64,000 nt of DNA. It comes from Patescibacteria group bacterium. Its GTDB lineage: Bacteria; Patescibacteriota; Microgenomatia; Levybacterales; UBA12049. Each line of letters starts with the position of its first letter. Position 1 is the stretch's first letter. Both the position numbers and the translations under genes were made by a program. Of the stretch, positions 1 through 8,055 are shown in pieces. Below the pieces are notes generated by a model that saw only the letters and a list, made by a program, of their open reading frames with translations, did not search any database and was not told the origin of the DNA. The stretch spans positions 327,343 to 391,342 of the forward strand of contig BPJB01000001.1 of assembly GCA_026004395.1 (NCBI GenBank), given 5' to 3'.

Positions 1-1
1 A

Positions 2-301
2 ATGGCATTACTCCATCCTGTAACTTGGAGAGAGCCTTTTGGTCTGACATTGATTGAGGCAATGGCTTGTGGTACACCTGTCGTAGCCTTTAATAAAGGA
101 TCAATTCCTGAGATTGTCATTGATGGAAAGACAGGATTTGTAGTGAAGGATGTTGAAGAGATGATATTAGCGATCGCCAAGATTTCACAAATTGATAGAA
201 GAGAGTGTAGAAAGCATGTTCTCCAACACTTTACAGCTACAAAAATGAGTGACAATTATGAACAATTATATTTGCGTATCTTAGAAAGGAGATCTCTATG
301 A
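2..301 (+). CDS. Glycosyltransferase family 4 (GT1-type), C-terminal part; 5' end lies outside the window
   Basis: PVTWREPFGLTLIEAMACGTPVV...GKTGFVV is the conserved GT4 C-terminal motif (E-x7-E region). The ORF runs off the window start. Its stop overlaps the next start (ATGA). Confidence 0.7.
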   Translation: MALLHPVTWREPFGLTLIEAMACGTPVVAFNKGSIPEIVIDGKTGFVVKDVEEMILAIAKISQIDRRECRKHVLQHFTATKMSDNYEQLYLRILERRSL

Positions 302-1269
302 GAATTGTTTTTGTAGGTGATGTTATGTTAGGAAGACTGGTAAATGAAGTATTAAAAAAAGAACCTCCAGAGTATCCATGGGGTGATACCTTGCCTATTT
401 TTAAAAATGCTGATCTGAGGATTTGTAACTTAGAATGTGTTCTCTCTGATATTGGTGAGCCATTTCCCAGAGAAAAAGTTTTTCATTTTAGAACGGATGA
501 GAAAAATATTAAAACACTTCTTGCAGCAGATATTGGTATAGTATCTCTTGCCAACAACCACGTACTTGATTATGGATATAGTGCTTTACTTAGGATGATA
601 AAAGTCTTAGGTGAGCATGCTATTAACTATGCTGGTGCAGGATTAGATATTTTGGAAGCAAAAGAACCCGCTATTTGCAGCGTAGATTCTCAAAATGTAG
701 GTTTTATTGCATTTACCGATAATGAACCAGAGTGGGCAGCAGAAGAAAATAAGCCGGGAATATTTTATGTGACAATAAACGAGCAAGACAGAAGAGCGCA
801 ACAACTTTTTGAAATAATTCAGAAAACTCGTGATGACGTGGATCTTTTGATTGCTTCAGCACACTGGGGACCAAATTGGGGATATAGACCACCCAAGGAA
901 CATATTTCTTTTGCGCATCATTTAATTGATGTGGGGGCTGATATTGTATTTGGGCATTCACCCCACGTTTTTCGTGGAATTGAGATTTATAAAAATAAAG
1001 TTATTCTGTATTCAACAGGTGATTTCATTGATGATTATGCAGTGGATGAGATTGAGAGAAATGACGAGTCATTTATATTTTATTTTGAAACTAATAGAAA
1101 TAACATCACTCGTCTTATTTTGTATCCAACAATTATCAATTTTTTTCAAGCGCGTTGCGCAAAAGAAAGGGGAAGAGAAATTGCCAATAAAATGCAGAAT
1201 TTGTGCTTTGAATTTGCAACGAAGACAATGTGGCATGATGCGAATAATTTTTTGGAGGTTTATCTATGA
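298..1269 (+). CDS. CapA/PGA_cap-family metallophosphoesterase (poly-gamma-glutamate capsule synthesis protein-like)
   Basis: The N-terminal MRIVFVGDVMLGR and the LANNHVLDYGY and GHSPH motifs are typical of the CapA/PGA_cap calcineurin-like family. Translationally coupled to flanking genes. Confidence 0.65.
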   Translation: MRIVFVGDVMLGRLVNEVLKKEPPEYPWGDTLPIFKNADLRICNLECVLSDIGEPFPREKVFHFRTDEKNIKTLLAADIGIVSLANNHVLDYGYSALLRMIKVLGEHAINYAGAGLDILEAKEPAICSVDSQNVGFIAFTDNEPEWAAEENKPGIFYVTINEQDRRAQQLFEIIQKTRDDVDLLIASAHWGPNWGYRPPKEHISFAHHLIDVGADIVFGHSPHVFRGIEIYKNKVILYSTGDFIDDYAVDEIERNDESFIFYFETNRNNITRLILYPTIINFFQARCAKERGREIANKMQNLCFEFATKTMWHDANNFLEVYL

Positions 1270-1682
1270 AATCATATACAATTTCTCCTCATACTGCTGA
1301 TGTACGATTAAAAATCAGAGGAAAAACCTTAGAAGAAATTTTTCTCAATGCCTTGGAAGGTATGAATAGAATTTTGATTAAAAATTATGAGAAATATTTA
1401 AATGAACACGCTATTGTAAAAGAGATGACAATTTCCTCATTTGATACGACAACTCTTTTAATTGATTTTCTCTCCGAAATACTGACACTTTCTTACATAA
1501 ATAAAGCTATTTTTCATACCGTTTCATTTTTAGAGATTGGACCAAATACTCTTCACGTACGTTTAATAGGAGGAAAAGTAAAATCTTTTAAGAAAGATAT
1601 TAAAGCAATATCTTACCACGAAGCAGAGATACGACGAAATCAAAAAGGGGAGTACGAAACAACACTTGTTTTGGATATTTAA
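1266..1682 (+). CDS. Archease (RtcB activator/chaperone)
   Basis: 138 aa with the N-terminal archease signature PHTADVRLKIRGKTLEEIF. Lies immediately upstream of rtcB, the canonical arrangement. Confidence 0.8.
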   Translation: MKSYTISPHTADVRLKIRGKTLEEIFLNALEGMNRILIKNYEKYLNEHAIVKEMTISSFDTTTLLIDFLSEILTLSYINKAIFHTVSFLEIGPNTLHVRLIGGKVKSFKKDIKAISYHEAEIRRNQKGEYETTLVLDI

Positions 1683-1691
1683 GAAAATAAG

Positions 1692-3137
1692 ATGAAAACT
1701 CTAAAAGAAATAATAATCAAAATAAATAATTTTACATGGAAAATTCCCACATCGTATCGTTCTGATATGAGGGTTCCAGCGATTATTTTTGCTACAGAAT
1801 CCATGCTTGATGAGATCCTAAAGGATCGATCGCTCGAACAACTTATCAATGTAACAACACTGCCTGGTATAAGAAAAGCAGCCTTTGTGATGCCTGATGT
1901 TCATGAAGGTTATGGATTTCCTATAGGAGGAGTAGCAGCAACAAAGTATCCAGATGGAGTTATTTCTCCTGGTGGTATTGGCTATGATATCAATTGTGGG
2001 GTGAGACTTCTTCGTTCAGAACTATTCTACAATGACATACGTCACCATCTAGAAAAATTATCCAAACATCTTTTTCGTGAAATTCCATCAGGAGTAGGAC
2101 ATACTGGATCACTAAAACTGGGCGTGGAGAAATTAGATGCAATACTCCAGGAAGGAGCACATAGACTGATTAAAGAAGGATATGGAGAAGAAATAGATAC
2201 ACATTATATAGAATCATATGGGGTTTTAGATAATGCAGATCCAAGCGTTGTCTCTGATAACGCCAAAAAGAGAGGACAAGATCAGCTTGGAACAATTGGG
2301 GGAGGAAATCACTTTGTTGAAGTTGATAGGATTGATGAGATGTTTGATGAGCAAACTGCAAATGAGTTTGGTTTGCAATATAACCAAATAGTGATTCTTA
2401 TTCATACTGGATCGCGTGGATTAGGTCATCAAGTAGCTACAGATTATGTTCGTCTTATTAACCAGGCAATGATGCGTTATGGTATTTCGGTACCTGATAG
2501 AGAACTAGCGTGTGTTCCTCTTTCCACGAATGAAGGTAGAAATTACTTTAACGCTATGGCAGCATCCGCAAATTTTGCATGGGCAAATAGGCAAATGATT
2601 ACCTATGAGATTCGTCGAGTATGGAAAGATATATTTGGAGATTCGGGAGGAAGACTTTCTGTTTTCTACGATGTTGCTCACAATATTGCAAAAATTGAAG
2701 AGCATGAGATAGACGATATTCAAGAGAAGGTAATCGTTCATAGAAAAGGAGCTACTCGTGCATTTCCCCCTTTTCATCCCGAACTAGTGGGTGAGTATCA
2801 AAAGACAGGGCAGCCTGTAATTATACCAGGGAGTATGGGAACAGCATCTTATGTATTAGTAGGTACATTAAAAGGAAAAGAAGCATTTTACTCAAGTTGT
2901 CACGGTGCTGGAAGACTCATGTCACGTCATCAAGCAAGAAAGATGATGCAAGGTAGAGAGTTGCAGCGAGAACTAAAAGAAGAAGGAATATATGTTCAGT
3001 CAGATTCTGTCGCTGATCTCGCTGAAGAAGCACCATTTGCCTATAAAAATATAGATGAAGTAGTTGAGGTTGTTGATAAGCTAGGTCTTGCAACTAAAGT
3101 GGCAAAGCTCAAACCGCTCATAGTAGTAAAGGGATAA
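1692..3137 (+). CDS. rtcB: RNA-splicing ligase RtcB (3'-phosphate/5'-OH RNA ligase)
   Basis: Diagnostic RtcB motifs are all present: DINCGVRLL, GGGNHFVEV, HTGSRGLGH, HRKGATRA and SSCHGAGR. Length is 481 aa. Confidence 0.93.
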   Translation: MKTLKEIIIKINNFTWKIPTSYRSDMRVPAIIFATESMLDEILKDRSLEQLINVTTLPGIRKAAFVMPDVHEGYGFPIGGVAATKYPDGVISPGGIGYDINCGVRLLRSELFYNDIRHHLEKLSKHLFREIPSGVGHTGSLKLGVEKLDAILQEGAHRLIKEGYGEEIDTHYIESYGVLDNADPSVVSDNAKKRGQDQLGTIGGGNHFVEVDRIDEMFDEQTANEFGLQYNQIVILIHTGSRGLGHQVATDYVRLINQAMMRYGISVPDRELACVPLSTNEGRNYFNAMAASANFAWANRQMITYEIRRVWKDIFGDSGGRLSVFYDVAHNIAKIEEHEIDDIQEKVIVHRKGATRAFPPFHPELVGEYQKTGQPVIIPGSMGTASYVLVGTLKGKEAFYSSCHGAGRLMSRHQARKMMQGRELQRELKEEGIYVQSDSVADLAEEAPFAYKNIDEVVEVVDKLGLATKVAKLKPLIVVKG

Positions 3138-3138
3138 T

Positions 3139-3567
3139 ATGAAAAAGAAAGCAATTTATTCCAAAGATTTAGGTATTGATCTAACATCCAAAAAGGAATC
3201 AGAACTTTTTAAGTGGTTTCTTGCGTGTCTTCTTTTTGGAAAACCTATCCAGCAAGAAGTTGCCAAAAAGGCATATCTAGAATTTGTAAAAGAAAATCTG
3301 ACTACGCCAGATGCGATACTTTCCGCTGGGTGGGATAAACTCGTTCAAGTATTAGATAAAGGTCATTATGTTCGTTATGATTACTCTACTGCCGATAAGT
3401 TGCTTGAGATCTCAGAAGAATTGCAGAAAAGGTATGGGTCAGTGACAGAGCTTATTCGACAATCAAAAACAGTATCAGATCTCTCAAGACGTTTACAAGA
3501 ATTCAAGGGTATTGGGCCAACCACTGCTAGAATTTTCATTCGGGATATTCGTGATATTTATTATTAA
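3139..3567 (+). CDS. Truncated HhH-GPD (endonuclease III-like) domain protein lacking the catalytic segment
   Basis: Helix-hairpin-helix motif FKGIGPTTARIF lies near the C-terminus, preceded by EndoIII-like helices. The protein ends 7 aa after the HhH, so no catalytic Asp or Fe-S cysteines. Last gene of the rtcB operon. Confidence 0.45.
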   Translation: MKKKAIYSKDLGIDLTSKKESELFKWFLACLLFGKPIQQEVAKKAYLEFVKENLTTPDAILSAGWDKLVQVLDKGHYVRYDYSTADKLLEISEELQKRYGSVTELIRQSKTVSDLSRRLQEFKGIGPTTARIFIRDIRDIYY

Positions 3568-3753
3568 TTTTTTATGAAGCTTAAATTTCTCTATACTGGG
3601 TAGAGTGGTCAAACACTGGGTGTTGGAAAATCAAACAGGCTTGAAAGCTTTCTTTATATTCAAAATAGAAGCAGTATCCTGATTGATGTTACGCACAACT
3701 TTAGACAACAAGCGACAACGATTGAAAATATGGAATGACAGTAGAATTGTAAA

Positions 3754-5013
3754 TTACTTTGCAAAGGGTAGTGAGAAATAAAATGTACTTCCCTTATTCT
3801 TTTTGCTTTTTACCCAGATTTTGCCTTTATTTTTTCTTATAATCTCTCGAGCGATATATAATCCAAGTCCAAAACCTTTAATTTTGTCTTTATTTTTGTC
3901 TTTGGACCTATAAAATCTTTCGAAAATATGGGGTAAATCATAAGATGCAATACCTAATCCAAAATCTTCAACTGCAACAATTGCTTTTGTTTTATCGTTT
4001 AGAAGGTGGACGATAATTTTATCAGCATTGGGTGAGTATTTAATTGCATTTGTGAGCAAATTAACAATTACTTGTTCGATTCTATTTTTATCTGCGAGAA
4101 CTTTTTGTTCAATTTTTCCTTCTATTTCTATATGGTGTTTTTCGGTAGTGTGTTGGATATCCATGACAACTTGATGGATTAAGGTATTCAGGTCAAATAT
4201 CTCAAACTTGAACTCCATTTTTCCCGAGTCTAATCTCGCAACATGTAAAAGATCATCTATTAGCTCTATGAGTCTTTTTGTCTCTCTAATAATATTGGAT
4301 ATGAGGTGAATATTTTGTTTGTCTGATTGTTTGCTTAAGCGCTTCTCCAAGATTTGCGCATAGGCAAAAAGAGTTGTGATAGGAGTTTTTAATTCATGTG
4401 AGGCAATACCAATGAAGATGTCTTTTTGTCTTTCGATTTCCTTTATCCTTGTAATATCATGAAATATTTGTACGAAAAACTTGTTTTTGCCATTCTTTTG
4501 TATGGGAAAGTATACTGCATGTACGGGAAACTCTTCGCCGTTTTTTTTTCTATTAATAACTTTACTAGTAGTGAATGTTTTCCCTTTTAGGAGATTATTC
4601 CATAATGTTTTATGTACGTGTCGTGGAGTTTGATCACTTTTCAAAAATCTTGGGTTTTTACCTTTTACTTCCTCGAAAGTATAACCTGTTGTTTTTTCCC
4701 ATGCGGGATTGACATAATAAATTCTGCCTTTCGTATCAGTGATGAGCACAGGATCAGGCATAGCATCAGTAAATTCAGCAAAGACTATTTCATCATTTGA
4801 TGAAACTTTGATTTTTTTGATTTTTTTCTCTTGATCCAAAATAGTTCTGATGTCTTCATATTTATAACGCCGTACTCCTCTTTTTCCGATTCTAATTGCT
4901 TTTAAAAGACCTTCTCTATCCCAGTTGCGAAGAGTTGCTGGTGTGCATTTGAGGATCTTACTGACTTCATGAATAGTAAGAAGTTCTGAGAATGACTCTT
5001 GTGTTTTTTTCAT
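3754..5013 (-). CDS. Sensor histidine kinase with N-terminal MerR/excisionase-type HTH, PAS, HisKA and HATPase_c domains
   Basis: N-terminus LTIHEVSKILKCTPATLRNWDREGLL...RRY is a MerR-like HTH. Middle is a PAS-like region (FTDAMPDPVLITD...YVNPAWEK). H-box is ASHELKTPIT. C-terminus has the G-boxes FGLGLYIAREI. Confidence 0.75.
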   Translation of the reverse strand: MKKTQESFSELLTIHEVSKILKCTPATLRNWDREGLLKAIRIGKRGVRRYKYEDIRTILDQEKKIKKIKVSSNDEIVFAEFTDAMPDPVLITDTKGRIYYVNPAWEKTTGYTFEEVKGKNPRFLKSDQTPRHVHKTLWNNLLKGKTFTTSKVINRKKNGEEFPVHAVYFPIQKNGKNKFFVQIFHDITRIKEIERQKDIFIGIASHELKTPITTLFAYAQILEKRLSKQSDKQNIHLISNIIRETKRLIELIDDLLHVARLDSGKMEFKFEIFDLNTLIHQVVMDIQHTTEKHHIEIEGKIEQKVLADKNRIEQVIVNLLTNAIKYSPNADKIIVHLLNDKTKAIVAVEDFGLGIASYDLPHIFERFYRSKDKNKDKIKGFGLGLYIAREIIRKNKGKIWVKSKKNKGSTFYFSLPFAK

Positions 5014-5061
5014 GATATCAATTTACAATAAAATATAATATTTTATAAATATTTTCAACAA

Positions 5062-5104
5062 ACAAAAAAGAAACCCATTTGTACTTACTACTCATGGGTT
5101 TCTT
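5062..5104 (-). terminator. Rho-independent terminator downstream of the RRM-protein gene
   Basis: Inverted repeat AAGAAACCCA...TGGGTTTCTT (10-bp stem) is followed on the minus strand by a T-rich run (TTTTTTGTTTGTTG). Confidence 0.6.
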
Positions 5105-5122
5105 TATCGTCATCTCTGATGA

Positions 5123-5488
5123 TTAGTAATTTCTGCGTTGATTTCCGCGTTCTCTTCTCCCGTGTCGATTGCGTTCTTCTCCTCTTTTACTAAAATTACT
5201 TCCACCAGAAAATCTGTCTTCTCTTGGTTGTTGGGGTCTGGCAACATCAACTGCAATTTTGCGACCATCAAGCATCTGTCCATTGAGCTCTTGTTTGGCT
5301 TTTTCTGCTTCTTCTTCAGTAGACATCTCAACAAAACCAAATCCTTTTGATTTCCCCGACATTTTATCTGTTATTACGTTTGCAGATACAACAGTACCAA
5401 CTTGTGAGAAAAATTCCGCAAGAGTTGAATCTGTGGTTGCCCAAGCAAGACTCCCAACAAATAGTTTTTTGTTCATTATGTTTGTCAC
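5123..5488 (-). CDS. RRM-domain RNA-binding protein with Arg/Gly-rich C-terminal tail
   Basis: RNP-2 motif LFVGSL and RNP-1 motif KGFGFVEM are present. The C-terminus is RG/RN-rich. Confidence 0.85.
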   Translation of the reverse strand: MTNIMNKKLFVGSLAWATTDSTLAEFFSQVGTVVSANVITDKMSGKSKGFGFVEMSTEEEAEKAKQELNGQMLDGRKIAVDVARPQQPREDRFSGGSNFSKRGEERNRHGRRERGNQRRNY

Positions 5489-5738
5489 CTCCTTCTTTCA
5501 TTCACTCTCTGACAAACTGAACTAGTACATCATCAACTATTTGTTAGGATAGTAAGAAGCTAGCAGTTATCAAAAGAAGTTCTAATGATACCTGTATTAT
5601 ACACTATTCTTTTTCCGCAGTCTATTTAGACAACATTTCTGTATAATATCCTCAGGAAAGGTTGCGAAATGATTTTTTAAGGATCTAGAGAAAGAGAAGA
5701 TGATACTTGAATTATACTAGATCAGGTGGAAAAATTTT

Positions 5739-6287
5739 ATGAATAATAATCGTCCTCTTGTTTTTGTTGTTCATAAACATGATGCGACTACGCTACATTT
5801 TGACTTTCGGTTGCAAATTGGAGACGTGATGCCATCATGGGCAATTCCTAAAGGTCCAACACTTGATCCAGCGATTAAGCGGCTAGCTATTCAAACTACG
5901 GATCATAGTCTTGAGTATCGAAATTTTGAAGGTGTTCTGCCAGAGGGATCATATGGAGCAGGTCCTGTGATGATTTGGGATGAAGGGTATTACTTTCCGG
6001 AAGTTGAAATAGCTAAAGGTATAAGAAAAACTGTAGAAGATACTAACGAGGGTACAAAAATAATGCTTGAAGGCCTGAAAAAAGGAGAAGTCAAGTTTAA
6101 ATTATTCGGTAAAAGACTTAAAGGTTCATTTACACTTGTAAGAATAAAAAATTTCAAAAAACCAAATACTTGGCTTCTAATTAAGCATAATGATGAGTAT
6201 GTGGTAAAGAACTTTGATGCTCATGACCAAAAATTTGATAAATCAGTTGTTTCAGGAAGGACAATGGAGGAAATAAGAAGCTCATAA
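5739..6287 (+). CDS. Stand-alone LigD-type 3'-phosphoesterase (PE) domain protein
   Basis: HKHDATTLHFDFRLQ...SWAIPKGPTLDP...EGVLPEGSYGAGPVMIWDEG matches the LigD PE (LigD_N) domain signature. No ligase or polymerase module is attached. Confidence 0.8.
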   Translation: MNNNRPLVFVVHKHDATTLHFDFRLQIGDVMPSWAIPKGPTLDPAIKRLAIQTTDHSLEYRNFEGVLPEGSYGAGPVMIWDEGYYFPEVEIAKGIRKTVEDTNEGTKIMLEGLKKGEVKFKLFGKRLKGSFTLVRIKNFKKPNTWLLIKHNDEYVVKNFDAHDQKFDKSVVSGRTMEEIRSS

Positions 6288-6300
6288 GAATACCAATTAA

Positions 6301-7998
6301 CTATCTACGTTTGAAAAGTTTGTTCAACTCTAATGTGTTGAGAGTAATCTGTGTTGGCCTTCCATGAGGACATGTAGTATTGTTCTTTGTTTTTTCTAAT
6401 GTTGTTACTATTTCTTTCATTTGTTTGGTAGAGAGTTTATCACCGGATTTAACCGCTGCTCTACAGGAGATAAAAGTTAGCATTCTCTGGGTTGGGAGAT
6501 CAATATTTTTTATTTCAGATTTTTCGGATAGGTCAGAGAGAAAATCTTTTATTACTTTCTCTAAATTGCGTCCCTTAAAAATTTGAGGAATTGTTCTTAT
6601 TATGATTGAATTTCCTTGAAAGCTTTCGAATGAAAATCCCAGTTCATTAAAAATACTTTGATGTTCTTCTAAAAGTTGTTTTTCATGTAGAGAAAGATCG
6701 AGAATATATAAATCTGGTAGCTCGTAAATCAGCTTCTTTTCTTTTTCTTGGATAAAAGCATTAAAGAATTGTTCGTAAAGTATGCGTTCGTGTGCAGCAT
6801 GTTGATCTATGAGTAGAATACCGTTTTTTGTAAGAGTAAGAACATATGCGTTTTCAATTTGTATGAATGGAGCATTTTTTAAGAGATTTCCCTCTATATT
6901 TTTTTCAGGCATGAGGATCATTTGCTTTAATAATTGTCCTGTAATTGATTTGGTTTCAGTAAGTTTTGCAGAGTATTCTTCTCTAAATGCCGCAAGTCTA
7001 AATGTTAGATTATTTTCATTAAGAGTTTGCAAAATAGCATTTTTGGTAACATCAAATATGTGTTTGGGATTAATAAAAGAAATATGTTCTTTTCTAGGAT
7101 GTATATTAACGTCAACAATTTCTGCAGGAACTCTAAAATAAAGCAAGAAAGCAGGGCTGTATGATGAGGGAAGAAGGGATCCAAATGCTTCCTTGACTGC
7201 TAGTGATATCATGCGATCAGACACAGAACGATTATTTACAAAAATATATTGTTTTTGATTATATTTGGTTGCGATGTTTGGTTTTCCTATATATCCTGTG
7301 ATTTCTACATGTCCATCTGCAAATTTGAGAGGTATAAGTTGTTCAAAAAACGATATACCAAGAAGAGTTTTTATTCTTTCAGAGACATCTAATTTTTTTG
7401 ATAAATCAAAAATCGTTTTTTTATTGTGAGTGAATACAAAATGAATTGAAGGATACGCAAGCGCAAAGTTTACCATCATCTCGATAATGTGACGGAATTC
7501 TGTCTTATCGGATTTAAGAAATTTTTTTCTTACCGGAACATTGAGAAAAAGATTATCAACACTCACTATTGTTCCGGGAGGCATTCCTATAGGAGACATT
7601 GTTTCTACAATTCCATGCTTTACTCTGACAACTGTCCCTTCAGGATAATTGTGGAGACGGCTTTTTATTGTCAAAGTTGATATGGATGCGATTGATGATA
7701 ATGCTTCTCCTCTAAAACCCAGTGTCTTTATTCCAAGAAAATGATCTTCGTTATTAATCTTGCTAGTAGTGTGGGGAAGAAAGGAAAGAGCTACATCTTC
7801 TTTACTCATACCTTCTCCATTATCAATAACAGTTATCCTTTTAAGCCCTGCGTCTTCGATGTGAACTTCAACTAAAGAAGCATGTGCATCAATTGCATTT
7901 TCTACAAGTTCTTTAACAGCATATGATGGTCTCTCTATTACCTCACCAGCGGCAATTTTTGCTACTACATGTTCAGATAACTGAATTATTTTTTGCAT
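6301..7998 (-). CDS. mutL: DNA mismatch repair protein MutL
   Basis: N-terminus IQLSEHVVAKIAAGEVIERPSYAVKELVENAIDA is the GHKL ATPase of MutL. Length is 565 aa, with a C-terminal dimerisation region. Confidence 0.92.
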   Translation of the reverse strand: MQKIIQLSEHVVAKIAAGEVIERPSYAVKELVENAIDAHASLVEVHIEDAGLKRITVIDNGEGMSKEDVALSFLPHTTSKINNEDHFLGIKTLGFRGEALSSIASISTLTIKSRLHNYPEGTVVRVKHGIVETMSPIGMPPGTIVSVDNLFLNVPVRKKFLKSDKTEFRHIIEMMVNFALAYPSIHFVFTHNKKTIFDLSKKLDVSERIKTLLGISFFEQLIPLKFADGHVEITGYIGKPNIATKYNQKQYIFVNNRSVSDRMISLAVKEAFGSLLPSSYSPAFLLYFRVPAEIVDVNIHPRKEHISFINPKHIFDVTKNAILQTLNENNLTFRLAAFREEYSAKLTETKSITGQLLKQMILMPEKNIEGNLLKNAPFIQIENAYVLTLTKNGILLIDQHAAHERILYEQFFNAFIQEKEKKLIYELPDLYILDLSLHEKQLLEEHQSIFNELGFSFESFQGNSIIIRTIPQIFKGRNLEKVIKDFLSDLSEKSEIKNIDLPTQRMLTFISCRAAVKSGDKLSTKQMKEIVTTLEKTKNNTTCPHGRPTQITLNTLELNKLFKRR

Positions 7999-8055
7999 TG
8001 GGATGATGGCTCACATGATAGTATAAGCAAGCCTTATCTGCAATAATTTCGAAGT

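Noticed and set aside
3568-3753. Possible structured ncRNA in the 186-nt convergent intergenic region (two AAGCTT palindromes about 60 nt apart, CACTGGGT direct repeats)
   Set aside because: The stems are short with long loops, there is no covarying or conserved structure that I can verify, and no T-tract. It is most likely just a convergent terminator/spacer region.
5138-5525. ORFs 5138-5350(+) and 5169-5525(+) overlapping the RRM gene
   Set aside because: Antisense shadow ORFs of a well-supported minus-strand gene, with low-complexity S/L-rich translations. The same applies to 713-961(-), 926-1300(+), 6380-6586, 6809-7141, 8222-8481, 14582-14949 and similar ORFs.
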